IMG/VR virus record: IMGVR_UViG_3300019886_000004
Coordinates: 32,001 to 96,000 of that record
Origin: a virus
Length of the DNA stretch: 64,000 bases
Strand: one strand, 5' to 3'
Positions within the stretch are counted from its first letter, which is position 1, and every line of letters begins with the position of its first letter. Below are positions 39,279 to 50,069 of this stretch, one piece after another. Under the pieces are notes generated by a model. The model worked only from the letters and a program-made list of their open reading frames with translations. It made no database searches and had not been told where the DNA came from. A program made the position numbers and the translations under genes.

Positions 39279-42200
39279 ATGAATCAATGTCCGAATTTTT
39301 CCGATCCGAAATATAAGTATCTAGAAAATAAACTAGGTGAGCTTGAAGCTTACAAATACTGGCATCAACATGGTGGTGATATTTCTCACGTGTTAACTAA
39401 TCAAGATAGATTAAAGTTAATTGATAGATCTAAAGAATTAGTTAAATATGTACAAGGTGTTTATAGTCACGCAGCTAAAGAAAATCCTGAACTATTTCTA
39501 AAGGAAATAGCAGATCAACTGACAAGTTCTAAAAATGAAGCAACTACAGCCAGAAAAATAGCTGGAAACGAGCTTTCAAATATTGCTTTACAACTAAGAG
39601 CTTCAGAAAATCTTACTCCTAAATCAATTAATGTTACTATGAAAATAATAGGAGCATTAAAACAAGATAAGTCTAATCCTTCAATAGTAGGACCATTGCA
39701 AGCTAAAGGTTTAGTGGGTAAAAGAGTAGCTCCTTTAACATTTGAGATACCAGTTGATCCAACCAACTTCAATTTAATGGATCAGCAAATAAAAGCTACC
39801 AAGGTTGCTCAGCAAATTAATAAACAAGCTGGTAAGGAAGTAGTAACTACAAAAGTAGTTAATGGTAATGCTGCAATATTAGTTGACCCCAATATAAAGA
39901 GTATAATAGATAAACTTGATCCTTCAGATTTTACAACTTACAAGCAATATCTAGTTGACAATCTTTACACGAGTAAAGACAATCCAGCCACAACAGATTT
40001 AATAAATAATGCCGCTAAATTATCCAGAGAGTTAGGTAGAGACGATCTAGTTAACGTGGCAAGACTAATTTATAAATATTTAGATAAAAATCCTACTCTC
40101 AAAACTAGAATGGTAGATGATATATTTGAGGAGACTGGAGAAACTGGTATAAAAGCTTACTATAACAAAGGTACAAATAGTATAACTTTTGGTAGATCTA
40201 CAATGGGACAGAGTACACTTGAGTACGAATCTGAAACAGTTCTTCACGAAATACTTCATGGTTTAACTTTTCAGCCGTGGTTTAAATCTAAAGTAGATGT
40301 ACCTTTATCTCAAGAAGAAAAAGATTTTAAACATGTTGTAGAAACTTATTATAGTTATTTCAAGGGTAAAAAAGGAGCTGAAGGTTATGCTTTCACTAAT
40401 CCTGAAGAATTCTTAATGGGTGCACTATTTGATAAACCCTTCCAAGATCATTTAAAAGAGCTTGGTGGAGATACTGTTAAGGGATCTCCTTTTGTACAAT
40501 TTCTAAAAGATATACTTAAAAGATTCTTAGCTTTATTCGGAATTAAATCCAAAGACGAAATAGTAGATAAATTAGACCCTGAGAAAATCCAATCTTCTAT
40601 GATTGAAGCTTTGTCTGATTATTTAGGTAAGATGAAGAAGATTGATTTATTTAACGGACTAAAAGAAGAAGGTAGAAATTATGGTCTTAGTTTTGCTATA
40701 ACAGCGCAACAGGATTACTTGAGTGAATCTGAAAGACTTAAAGCTGAACGAGAAGAAAGAGAAAAGATGAAAGCTTCTCTTGGTGATAATCTTAGAGAAC
40801 AATTAAAAAAGAGTATTGATAAATCTATACTTTCCATAAAATCATTCGGATCTAACATTCGAAAAAGAATACCAGAAAGTCAAGAAGGTTTTAAAGCTAT
40901 TTTTAAGCAATTAAAAAAACTCGAAGATCCGGCTTATAATTTAGACCAAATAGACTTCTTCTTTGATTTTACATCTGAGATACAAGCCATTATGAATGTG
41001 GCTCATGAAAAAATTAGAAAGTTACAGTCCGATACCACTATAAATGATCCCGACGTTAAACTAAAAGAGTACGAAGATATAGTATCTGCGGCTAGAAACT
41101 TTGATCCTATTTTAAATGAGATTCAGAATATAAAGATTCAACTGGAGAGTCTAGGATATAAAGCATCGTTAGTTGATCTAGATGATATAACATTAAAAAG
41201 AGACAGGATAGAATCTATCTATAGTATGGGTGTATTTCCATTAGTAACAGATAAGTTTGTGGATATTTTATCTCCTTCATCTAAACAAGCAGTAGAAATG
41301 TCTACTACTAGAATTGATGAACTAGATAAAAGAATAGCACTTGCTAATAAAAATAACAATAAATCACGTGTTTTACAACTAGAAAGAGAGAAGAAAACCG
41401 AACAGTCTAAGATAGATAAAGAATTTACACTTAGTTCAGATAAAGTTAGAGATTGGTTAAGAGGTCAAATGGGTGACTCTAATATCTTACAGGTTTGGTT
41501 AATGGCTGGCGTGTCAAATTCTAATCCTTTAGTATCTGGCTTATCTAAGTATATTAGAGATAATGTTGGAGAGGCTGCACCTGCAGTACTTGAGCTTATG
41601 AACACTATGCAATCCAAATTAGAGGATTATGAGTCTAAAACAAATAGGTCAAGAAATAATATACTAGAATTTAATACACCTTTAATTCAAACTCATAAAA
41701 TTATCAATGGTAAGGATGAGAAAGGTGAATATACCTATGAGGATAAACGCTCTCTTTTACATGAATTTAATGGTGGACATATTCAAGAACTTCAGAAGTT
41801 TAAAAGACAGTTGACAGACCTTTATGCATCCAAAAGAGAAATAGAGAGTACTGCTAATCCAAATGAAGAAAATCTAAAGTTTCTTACTGATAGAATTAAA
41901 GAAACTAAAGATAAACAAAGACAGTTTATAAGAGATTACATGGAGCAACAGTATACTACTGAAGTACATGAAGCTTTAGACATGCTCCACGAGGATTTAG
42001 GAGGCTATACAGCCTGGGATTATATGGGACCAGTACTATCTAGAATAGAAGATACAGAGCTTGCCATTGACCAGGAGAATGATCCTGCTAGGTTAGCTGA
42101 TTTATATAATCAGTTAGATGGACATAATATAGAGTTCTCTCGTCTTGGTTCTTTATATGAAAAATCACCTGATAGTAGAGAGTTGAAAGTAGCTGAACAA

Positions 42201-45200
42201 ATAAAAAAAAGAAGAGAACTTTTAGGTAAATATAGTCAATATGTTCTAACAGACAAAGGTAAAGTTCAATTTGATACTCAGTGGGCAAGAATGAAAAGAA
42301 AATTGTCTAAAAATGAAATAACTCCTGAGAAATATGAACGTTGGTTGGAGGATAATACTGTAACCGAAAATACTCCAGCTTTCTGGGATGCAAAAAATGC
42401 AATCTTAAAGGATCTTAATGACCTGTATTTAGAAATGGGTGTTGAGAATAAGAAGGATGAAAATATTGGTAAACTCTACAAAGGTATGGAAGATATTACC
42501 AAGGCACATAGAGATTCTAATGGTATAATAAATGGATCAGAAATGCCTGATAAAGAATTAAAAGATGTTAAAAGTTTAGAAGAACAAATTGAAAAAGCTA
42601 AAGATGATTTAGCTAACATATTCGGTTTGACAAGACTTGAAAGAGTAAATATATCTAATCTAAAGAATCAAATTGATGAGATTGGATCTATGATGTATTT
42701 CGAACAAGATCCAGATAAAAGACAGAATCTAGTAAATTTAAAGGCTGATATTGAAGATCAAGTTGATGAAATAGAATCTAAGAAGAAAAATATTAATAAG
42801 AAACTATTGGATAAATATTTTCTTCTAATGAAAAAACTAGGTGAATTAGAAGAAGGTAATGTTACCAAGTATTATTTAGATGAATCACAAGAGAGATTAG
42901 AGCAAGAAACAGCTAAAGTAGATACTTCTAAAATGCCAGTTAAAATGATTATGAATGGTAGAACCTATCAAAAATCAGGTAATGAATGGTTGGAAATATC
43001 TGGAGGTAAAATAGAGAAGAGAGATATAGCTTTCGTAGAAAATATATTTAAAGAAAAAAAAGGAAATGTAAACTATCTTAACTCTGACTGGTATAAAACC
43101 AATCATGTAAAAAAGATGAAGTTTGTTAGAAATGCGGAATACATACCTGGACAGTATGATGTAGCTGCTGGAGATTGGCAAGAAGTAGAAGAACCTACGT
43201 ATGCATGGAAGCAAACAAGACCAAGGGATTCAAACTACATAAACGAAAATCAACCATCTTTTAAATATAAAACCAGGCAAATTAAAGACCAATATATAAA
43301 CAAGAATTATAGAGAAGATATTAATGGAGACTTGAGACCTAAAGTGAAAGGAGTTAAAGATGATAGATTTCTTAATAAGGATTATCAAAGACTTATTAAC
43401 TCTAATAGTTCTCAGGATACTGCCACAGCTAATATGTTAAAATATTTAACAGATACTTATTATAAAGCTCAAGAAGGTATTCCAAAAGGTCTTAGACCAG
43501 GATATGAATTACCTGGAATAAGAAGAACAGATACAGAAAGATTGATAGGTCAAAGTTTGAAGAAATCTAGTCAAGAAATGTTTGAATATCTTGGTCAGAT
43601 AGCTAGAAGTATTAAAGATAAAGCTGTAATTAATGAGCAAGATAAAGATATTTTATTTGGATACAATGATGACTTTAATGGAATAGTTCCAATTAAATTT
43701 CTAGGGGATATTGATTCTAAGGATCAAAGTATAGATTTACCCAAATCTATTTTAACCTTTGCATCTGAAATGTTAAAACGTGAGCAATTAGTTAAAAGTT
43801 TACCTTTTGCAAATGCAGTTAAAGATATTGCAAATAATTCAGATTATAGACCTGTTAAAACTAAGAAAGGTATAGTTGAATCTGTTAAGAGGAAATTTCT
43901 ACCAAAGAATACAGAAGTAGCTAAAAGGTCAGATACAAGTAATACTGCTTTGCAAATTAATGAAATAATAAAATCAGAAATATACGGGGAACAGATGAAA
44001 GATCAACCAGCTGCTAAATTAGTGAATAGTTCACTTAGATTAGGAGCGGGAGCAATGCTTGGTTTAAATTTTGTATCTTCTGTACAGAACTATGCTAATG
44101 CATTTACTCAATCTATCATTGAGACAGAGAGTAAAAATAAGAACTTTGATATGAAAGGTTTCTTTAAGGCTCAAAAGATTTATTATGCTCATGTGGATGA
44201 ACTTATGAGTGATCTAGGTAAGTACGGTAATAAATCTTATATTAACCAATTCTTTGATTACTTTGGTGGTATTAATTATAAAATATTTGGTAAAAATCAT
44301 AAGACATTGGCTCATAGCAAAGTAGGAGAATTTACCAAATCTTTATCGGTGCCTAATACTATAACTGAACATATGCTTAATTATCATATGGGTATAGCTA
44401 TAGCTTTGAAATATAGAGTATCTGATGGTAAAGGTAATATGGTGCCAATATTTGACGCGTTTACTAAAAAAGATGGTAAGCTAGTTCAAAAAGAAGGGTT
44501 TAATATAACAGAGGAAGAAAGAAAAGAACTTATAGCTAGACTTAATAGCTCTGCTAGAAGAATCAATGGTGAATATGGAGATAAAATATTAGCAGATAAA
44601 TATGTTTTAGGAAAACTTGTTTCATTCATGAATAGATATCTAGTGCCGTTTGTAGTAAAAAGGTATGGTGCTAGAAAATTTGATATTCAAGATGGTCAAC
44701 GTGATGAAGGCTATTGGAGATTATTTGGTAAAATTTTAATACAAGATATTAGAACTAAATCTGTTCCAATACTTGGACAATGGAAATATTATACAGCAGA
44801 AGAAAAACAAGCCATAATTAAATCAATGACTGAGCTTGGGTTTACTATCATGTTTGCTTTAATGATTCATGCTTTAGGAGGAGATGACAACAAACAAATT
44901 AAAGATAATAGTATTCTCACTAATAACCTAATATATGCATTAAAAGGTATACAACAGCAAAACGAGGCTTTTATGCCTGTGCCAGGTATAGGTTTTGATG
45001 ATCTTTTTAGAAAGATACAAAATCCTTTTCCAATACTTGGTAAAGTAAAAAATCTTGTTTCTTTAATTCAGGATGGCTCTCATACAGCTTGGTATGAAAT
45101 GGGATTGCCAGGAGTGGATGAAAAGGATGTGAAATATATGCAAAAGACGGGATGGCATAAGCCAGGAGATTTCAAAATGTTTGCAGATTTTCAAAAATTA

Positions 45201-45281
45201 ATAGGAGTACAGAAACTAGTAAATTACTTCTATCCAGATGAGGCATTAAAAGCACAAGAATCAATGTCAAGAATAAAATAA
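39279..45281 (+). CDS. Large virion cargo protein with zincin-like domain
   Basis: 2000 aa. VLHEILH (HExxH at 40245-40259) followed by NPEEF, coiled-coil-like regions and a hydrophobic C-terminal helix. Confidence 0.7.
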   Translation: MNQCPNFSDPKYKYLENKLGELEAYKYWHQHGGDISHVLTNQDRLKLIDRSKELVKYVQGVYSHAAKENPELFLKEIADQLTSSKNEATTARKIAGNELSNIALQLRASENLTPKSINVTMKIIGALKQDKSNPSIVGPLQAKGLVGKRVAPLTFEIPVDPTNFNLMDQQIKATKVAQQINKQAGKEVVTTKVVNGNAAILVDPNIKSIIDKLDPSDFTTYKQYLVDNLYTSKDNPATTDLINNAAKLSRELGRDDLVNVARLIYKYLDKNPTLKTRMVDDIFEETGETGIKAYYNKGTNSITFGRSTMGQSTLEYESETVLHEILHGLTFQPWFKSKVDVPLSQEEKDFKHVVETYYSYFKGKKGAEGYAFTNPEEFLMGALFDKPFQDHLKELGGDTVKGSPFVQFLKDILKRFLALFGIKSKDEIVDKLDPEKIQSSMIEALSDYLGKMKKIDLFNGLKEEGRNYGLSFAITAQQDYLSESERLKAEREEREKMKASLGDNLREQLKKSIDKSILSIKSFGSNIRKRIPESQEGFKAIFKQLKKLEDPAYNLDQIDFFFDFTSEIQAIMNVAHEKIRKLQSDTTINDPDVKLKEYEDIVSAARNFDPILNEIQNIKIQLESLGYKASLVDLDDITLKRDRIESIYSMGVFPLVTDKFVDILSPSSKQAVEMSTTRIDELDKRIALANKNNNKSRVLQLEREKKTEQSKIDKEFTLSSDKVRDWLRGQMGDSNILQVWLMAGVSNSNPLVSGLSKYIRDNVGEAAPAVLELMNTMQSKLEDYESKTNRSRNNILEFNTPLIQTHKIINGKDEKGEYTYEDKRSLLHEFNGGHIQELQKFKRQLTDLYASKREIESTANPNEENLKFLTDRIKETKDKQRQFIRDYMEQQYTTEVHEALDMLHEDLGGYTAWDYMGPVLSRIEDTELAIDQENDPARLADLYNQLDGHNIEFSRLGSLYEKSPDSRELKVAEQIKKRRELLGKYSQYVLTDKGKVQFDTQWARMKRKLSKNEITPEKYERWLEDNTVTENTPAFWDAKNAILKDLNDLYLEMGVENKKDENIGKLYKGMEDITKAHRDSNGIINGSEMPDKELKDVKSLEEQIEKAKDDLANIFGLTRLERVNISNLKNQIDEIGSMMYFEQDPDKRQNLVNLKADIEDQVDEIESKKKNINKKLLDKYFLLMKKLGELEEGNVTKYYLDESQERLEQETAKVDTSKMPVKMIMNGRTYQKSGNEWLEISGGKIEKRDIAFVENIFKEKKGNVNYLNSDWYKTNHVKKMKFVRNAEYIPGQYDVAAGDWQEVEEPTYAWKQTRPRDSNYINENQPSFKYKTRQIKDQYINKNYREDINGDLRPKVKGVKDDRFLNKDYQRLINSNSSQDTATANMLKYLTDTYYKAQEGIPKGLRPGYELPGIRRTDTERLIGQSLKKSSQEMFEYLGQIARSIKDKAVINEQDKDILFGYNDDFNGIVPIKFLGDIDSKDQSIDLPKSILTFASEMLKREQLVKSLPFANAVKDIANNSDYRPVKTKKGIVESVKRKFLPKNTEVAKRSDTSNTALQINEIIKSEIYGEQMKDQPAAKLVNSSLRLGAGAMLGLNFVSSVQNYANAFTQSIIETESKNKNFDMKGFFKAQKIYYAHVDELMSDLGKYGNKSYINQFFDYFGGINYKIFGKNHKTLAHSKVGEFTKSLSVPNTITEHMLNYHMGIAIALKYRVSDGKGNMVPIFDAFTKKDGKLVQKEGFNITEEERKELIARLNSSARRINGEYGDKILADKYVLGKLVSFMNRYLVPFVVKRYGARKFDIQDGQRDEGYWRLFGKILIQDIRTKSVPILGQWKYYTAEEKQAIIKSMTELGFTIMFALMIHALGGDDNKQIKDNSILTNNLIYALKGIQQQNEAFMPVPGIGFDDLFRKIQNPFPILGKVKNLVSLIQDGSHTAWYEMGLPGVDEKDVKYMQKTGWHKPGDFKMFADFQKLIGVQKLVNYFYPDEALKAQESMSRIK

Positions 45282-45285
45282 ATGA

Positions 45286-45310
45286 AAAGTCAGGTTTTAG
45301 ACCTGACTTT
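45286..45310. terminator. Bidirectional terminator between the convergent modules
   Basis: Perfect 10-bp inverted repeat aaagtcaggt-tttag-acctgacttt at the strand switch. Confidence 0.85.
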
Positions 45311-45320
45311 CTAATTTTAA

Positions 45321-45863
45321 CTACTCCTCTCTCAATCTCCTTATACCTCTCATGAAACTTTCATGTTCTAAACTTACGTAATCAGGAGAGTTAGAAAAGG
45401 TATATTTTTCTTTTATGTGTGAGGAATCAGTTTTTACTTTCTCCTCCTCATCAAATGTGTAGTGATTTACACCATATTGTAATCCATAGGACTCCGTTGA
45501 TTCCATTGGTGGAATATTAACAGATGCAATCTTTATTGATTTATAATTCAATGGATTAGGAGGTGTACTAAATTTTTGCATATTCTTTATAACAATATCT
45601 TTAAAAATCTTTAAACTCACATTATCTGGTGTATTAAGATACTCATTAGCATGTTTCTCCATCTCATTATAAACTGAAGTATAATGAGATTGATCACCTT
45701 GTGATTCTGATTGTTCATTTGATCCAAAAGGACCAAACTTTTCTTCTTCATTACCTTTCATATTATTATATCCTCTTGATGTCCAAAATCTTTCAGTATC
45801 CGTATATGTCCTAACTTTAGGTGCTTGTTTTAATTGTTCTTCTATTATTTCTTTTTTACTCAT
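45321..45863 (-). CDS. Hypothetical protein
   Basis: 180-aa ORF, ATGA-coupled to the upstream gene. Confidence 0.6.
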   Translation of the reverse strand: MSKKEIIEEQLKQAPKVRTYTDTERFWTSRGYNNMKGNEEEKFGPFGSNEQSESQGDQSHYTSVYNEMEKHANEYLNTPDNVSLKIFKDIVIKNMQKFSTPPNPLNYKSIKIASVNIPPMESTESYGLQYGVNHYTFDEEEKVKTDSSHIKEKYTFSNSPDYVSLEHESFMRGIRRLREE

Positions 45864-46138
45864 TGTAGTATATAACTTTCTTGATTTTTACTCCATTTTT
45901 CTTTACATATAAAAAATCCCATAACATTATTAGTATACATAATACCAGGATTAAGTATAAACTTACCATCCTTTCCTTCTACTAATGTCCATACTTTATT
46001 GGAATCTTCTTCTTCGATTATTTCTGTTTCCTCATCATCAAAATCCAACATTGTATTTTCATAGCTAGCACAACTTTGTATTGGATTTCTTTTTACAGAA
46101 AACATTCCATAAAAGTCGTGAAAATTGATTTCATTCAT
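45860..46138 (-). CDS. Hypothetical protein
   Basis: 92-aa ORF packed directly after the polymerase. Confidence 0.6.
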   Translation of the reverse strand: MNEINFHDFYGMFSVKRNPIQSCASYENTMLDFDDEETEIIEEEDSNKVWTLVEGKDGKFILNPGIMYTNNVMGFFICKEKWSKNQESYILQ

Positions 46139-46143
46139 AGTTA

Positions 46144-49058
46144 TTAAAACATTGACAACTGTGTATAATCTTCATTAGAAATTTCTGGTTGAATTTCAGA
46201 AATTATTTCATATGTCTTTTTAACGTAAAAATCATAGTTTATGTCATAGTCTTCTATTTTCTTTTCAACATGTTTATTGTATATAGTAGCTTTCCATTTA
46301 CCTGCATCTTCTTGTATTTGCCTACCATCCGGATTACATTTTACAAGCTTAACACCATCGTTTGATATAAAATATCTATTTGTTTTCTGGAGTTTCTCTT
46401 TAATGATGTAGTTGTCCTTAAAGTAGATGGAATTCAAATACCAATCTCCTTTTGTTCTCATCCCAGCACAAAAATCCATAATATTAGTATGATTAGCTAT
46501 AAACAATCTTGGATTTATACCTTTAACATAAAATTCATTGAGAGCTAAGGCTATAATCCTGTAACTTTTATTTTTATGTAGCTCATGGTTTATAGTAAAA
46601 CTCGCTCCTTTGTGTTTAGGTTTTCCATCTGTTTTAACTGCAACATAATCATTTACAGATCTTTGTGCTAGTAATGAATAATCAGCATATTCTAATTTAC
46701 CTTTATCATTATTACCAACTAAGGTTTCCCAGTCTTTACATATTTTCTTATATAATTCTTCTTGGTTTTTATCGAACAAAGATACTATACCATCAGTATT
46801 AGCAGATATTACGTTAATACCCCCCAAAACTAAACGTTCAATTAACATAATAAGATCTATCTGACTTCCTATAGTCACGTCAAAACATGTTTTTGGAGAA
46901 AACTGCCAATTTGTTTTATCCTGTAACTTTCCAAAAAGACCTCCATTTGCTGCTAATTTATAAGCTTCATCTACTGATTTATACTTACCTTCTTTAGTTT
47001 GCTTATACATATCCTTAGCAATGTCTCTATCACCTATTAATTTGTCAACTATACCTAACCATTCTATACCAAGGTGCTCCGGGTAAAGTTTTCTTTTTCT
47101 AATTGCATTGGGATACATACCACCTCTAACTAACATCAAGACTTTCATCTTGAACTGGACTATATTTTAATTTTAAAAATTTCCTCCAAACGAAACCGTA
47201 CATGCTTGGTTTTTCTCCAGAACATACTGCATATATGTTGTGGCGCTTGTAAGTTGGATTATCATCAAGTATACTTTTCATTGTATTCCAAATCTTAATT
47301 AATTTACCTTCTTTTGTTTTTTGATGTATTTCATAAATAGTTCTAGATTGTGAAACTTTGTTTGCCATTTCTTCTTTTGCTTCTGGATTTTCTCGGTAGA
47401 ATTTAGAACAATTACCACCAATATATCCCCTTGTTTTTCTTAATTTATAAGCATTAGATAATTTCTTTCTTGTTTCATCACTAACTATTAAACCTGTTTT
47501 GGAATCTTCTCTTTTATTATATCCACATTTACTATTTAAAGAATTGAATTGTTTAATCCAATAAATTTCTTTTTCTGATATTAATTTTTCATCTAATTCT
47601 AAATATTCCAAAACAAAATAATCAAAATTCTCTCTTCCGTACTTAAGCCATGCATTTATAAAATGATCATTTTCACTGTCTCTTTTTTTATTATTGAGAT
47701 TTGTTATGTGATTTTTGATCCTTCTATGAATACATTTTGCTTTTCCAATGTAAACTTTATTATTAATTAAATTCCTAATACAATAAATACCTGATTTTTC
47801 TTTATCTTTTATATTTGCTTTCATAATATAATATAGCAAATATTTAGGATATAACCAAGTAAATTTTAAAATTTGTGGTCTTTCGAATACAGTTTATAGT
47901 TGTATCCTACTCTCTTTCGAGATAGTCTCTGAACGTTCTCCTGTTCGGAGCTTCGCTGCTGATTGTCCAATCCCTTAATTTTCAAGCATTTACGTTTAAA
48001 CCTATTTCATTTTTCCGATTTAGCTTAAAGGCTCTAAGGAGTTTCCAGCAATTAACCACATTATGACGCAGGTTTTACTTTACGTCAGCATCACGCATTA
48101 TTTGATCACTAGTTGGAATAACCAACCTTGGTTGATCATCACTATGAAGACCACCTTTTGCTATAAGGTATCTTGTACCACCAATTTTAAATGGAAACTC
48201 TTGTTTTTTATCAAATAAAACAGGAGTTTTTCTTATACTATTTATAAACGAATTTAATTCTTTGGTAACGAAACTAGTATAGGATGGAAAGCAATCTTCA
48301 AAGGTGAAAGGTTTTATAACTGACACCTTTTCTTTTAACTGCTTTCTTGTAATTCCAGCTGCTTTTAAGTAATTAGTTTTGTTAATTTCATCACCTATCT
48401 TTACATCATCAAAATTAGTGCAATCAAATCCAAATTCTTTTCGTATGTCTTTTCTTAGCTGAAGTTTATCTTTATCTTTATAAAGTTCGTTATCAGTCTT
48501 ACCTCTTGTTATTTCATAGAATTTTTTGGTAGATAAACAGTCATTCTTACAATAATCAATAATGAGGTCAGCTTTTTCTCTAGTGTCTACGGAATCTCTA
48601 TGATCAATTGGCATATCTTCTATGTTATGCCAGTCCATCATATATTGTAGCCACTTTAAACCCACTCTCTTTGCCTTATTATTATAATGCCATACTTTGT
48701 ACAGATCCACTTGCCTAATGGCTAAATCACGCTCCCAATAGTCTGGCCATTCTTCATTGTTAGCTTTCTGAATTACATGGTTAGAATAATTTGAAATATA
48801 TTCAGCTATATTTTTTCCTGGAATTTTTTCTTCTAACCAAACCATACTATTCTCAAGTATCATCTGTTGTACTTGAGAGTCAAATGCTAAACTATTAAAA
48901 CCTATCTGTCCTTTTAGAGTTTTTAAATGCTTTTTTAATTCATATAAATCATTCTTAAATTTGGATATTTCAAAAACATTAAATCTGTCTTTTTTTATAT
49001 CTAAGTCAACATAAAGGAAGAAATCTTTAAGAGTTTCTAGATCATAGATAACTATCAT
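46144..49058 (-). CDS. polB: Family B DNA polymerase, two exons (49058-48082 and 47125-46144; 652 aa spliced)
   Basis: Exo I YDLET. Splicing restores motif A (DADV|GGMYPN). Motif B is YKLAANGGLFGK and motif C is ANTDG. Confidence 0.9.
47126..47824 (-). CDS. Intron-encoded GIY-YIG homing endonuclease
   Basis: SGIYCIRNLINNKVYIGKA...GYN with a NUMOD-like C-terminus. ATG at 47824, inserted in loop L8. Confidence 0.9.
   Translation of the reverse strand: MKANIKDKEKSGIYCIRNLINNKVYIGKAKCIHRRIKNHITNLNNKKRDSENDHFINAWLKYGRENFDYFVLEYLELDEKLISEKEIYWIKQFNSLNSKCGYNKREDSKTGLIVSDETRKKLSNAYKLRKTRGYIGGNCSKFYRENPEAKEEMANKVSQSRTIYEIHQKTKEGKLIKIWNTMKSILDDNPTYKRHNIYAVCSGEKPSMYGFVWRKFLKLKYSPVQDESLDVS
47827..47859 (-). 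promoter_or_regulatory. Variant (putative late) promoter inside the intron
   Basis: CTTG-N20-TATATTATA ending 2 nt before the endonuclease ATG. Confidence 0.6.
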
Positions 49059-49070
49059 AACTTTTTATTG

Positions 49071-49102
49071 TAAAGTTACGAATAATTATCTATATTTCCA
49101 AA
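49071..49102 (-). promoter_or_regulatory. Housekeeping-type promoter for polB
   Basis: TTTG-N20-TAACTTTA (one mismatch to consensus). Confidence 0.7.
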
Positions 49103-49303
49103 TTAATTCTCAATACTGTTCAAAATTACTTCTCTTAATTGTCTTTCCAGTGCTTGCTGCTTGCATTGTAATTCAAAAATCTCTCCAGCATGTTCAGAAG
49201 AGTTGTGTCCATAATATAACATATTTAATGCATCTTTTACTTCACGTATTTCAAAATTAAGAGTAAATACTATTAGTTCACCACTTTCCTTTGCTTCTAT
49301 CAT
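49103..49303 (-). CDS. Hypothetical protein
   Basis: 66-aa ORF, ATGA-coupled to the MazG-like gene. Confidence 0.55.
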   Translation of the reverse strand: MIEAKESGELIVFTLNFEIREVKDALNMLYYGHNSSEHAGEIFELQCKQQALERQLREVILNSIEN

Positions 49304-49629
49304 ATGTTATATTTATATTTACCTTCATTTAAGTATCCTATAAATTTATTGGCTTTATAAACTTTTCTTACATTGATCTCCCAAACACTTATTTTAAATC
49401 TCTCCATCAACATTTCCAGTCTAATATATACATCACCTATTTCTTCTATTAAATGGTCTTTAGTAGGTTTATGAGGATCTATTTTATTCATCATCTTAAG
49501 TAGAACCTCCTGCAATTCAGTAAGTTCTTCGCAAGTTTTAGCTAATAGAAACTTTTCATTATTATTTTTTGCAAGATATCTAAACAACCTACTTGCTCCA
49601 TTGGTATTAGCTACTTTATTTTTATACAT
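49300..49629 (-). CDS. MazG-like NTP pyrophosphohydrolase
   Basis: CEELTEL...LIEEIGDV (EExxE/EExxD). Confidence 0.75.
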   Translation of the reverse strand: MYKNKVANTNGASRLFRYLAKNNNEKFLLAKTCEELTELQEVLLKMMNKIDPHKPTKDHLIEEIGDVYIRLEMLMERFKISVWEINVRKVYKANKFIGYLNEGKYKYNI

Positions 49630-49641
49630 TATATTCCAATT

Positions 49642-49672
49642 AAAAAAGCCAGAGTTTTTAATCCTGGCTTTT
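49642..49672 (-). terminator. Intrinsic terminator
   Basis: aaaagccag...ctggctttt inverted repeat with a T-run on the minus strand. Confidence 0.7.
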
Positions 49673-49678
49673 ATTTTT

Positions 49679-50053
49679 TTAAACTGTTTTTAAGTTTGCA
49701 ACTGATTGATCTTCTTCAACCTGTTCTGAAAGCTCCCATTCTTGACCATCATAGTTAGATACATAGTTATCAAGAATAAACTGAACTGCAGATTTATCAG
49801 AGATTGTAACCCTGTAATACTGTTCTGCTCGACCTTGACTTATAGTCACTTTTCCAGTTTTGCTGGCTTTAGGCATATCAACAAAATTCTCCTTTACTGA
49901 ATTAAACTGACAAACTAACATCTGTTCAAGAGGATTCCAAGCAGCATGCATAATAGGAGAATCTCCAAATGCTAATAGATCCCAAGAATCAACTTCTTTT
50001 CCAATCTTTTCAATTCTTACTTTGTTCTTTACAAAAACTAATGGTTTTGACAT
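49679..50053 (-). CDS. Hypothetical protein, monocistronic
   Basis: 124 aa with its own promoter and terminator. Confidence 0.7.
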   Translation of the reverse strand: MSKPLVFVKNKVRIEKIGKEVDSWDLLAFGDSPIMHAAWNPLEQMLVCQFNSVKENFVDMPKASKTGKVTISQGRAEQYYRVTISDKSAVQFILDNYVSNYDGQEWELSEQVEEDQSVANLKTV

Positions 50054-50069
50054 AAATATATATTTTATG

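Larger units (their letters stand above)
47126..48081 (-). mobile_element. Group I intron (IA2-like), 956 nt, in polB
   Basis: P AATTGCTGGAAA, Q AATCAGCAG, R GTTCAGAGACTA, S AAAATATAGTCC. P1 tgacgU/Gcgtca, P10 acct/aggt, P3 tgtggt/accaca, P7.1 and P7.2 hairpins, P9 tcaagat-gaaa-gtcttga, terminal G. Confidence 0.92.

Noticed and set aside
46144-47148. 334-aa ORF as an independent gene, or polB as a pseudogene
   Set aside because: It is exon 2 of polB. Its apparent start lies in intron P9, and splicing restores the frame and motif A.
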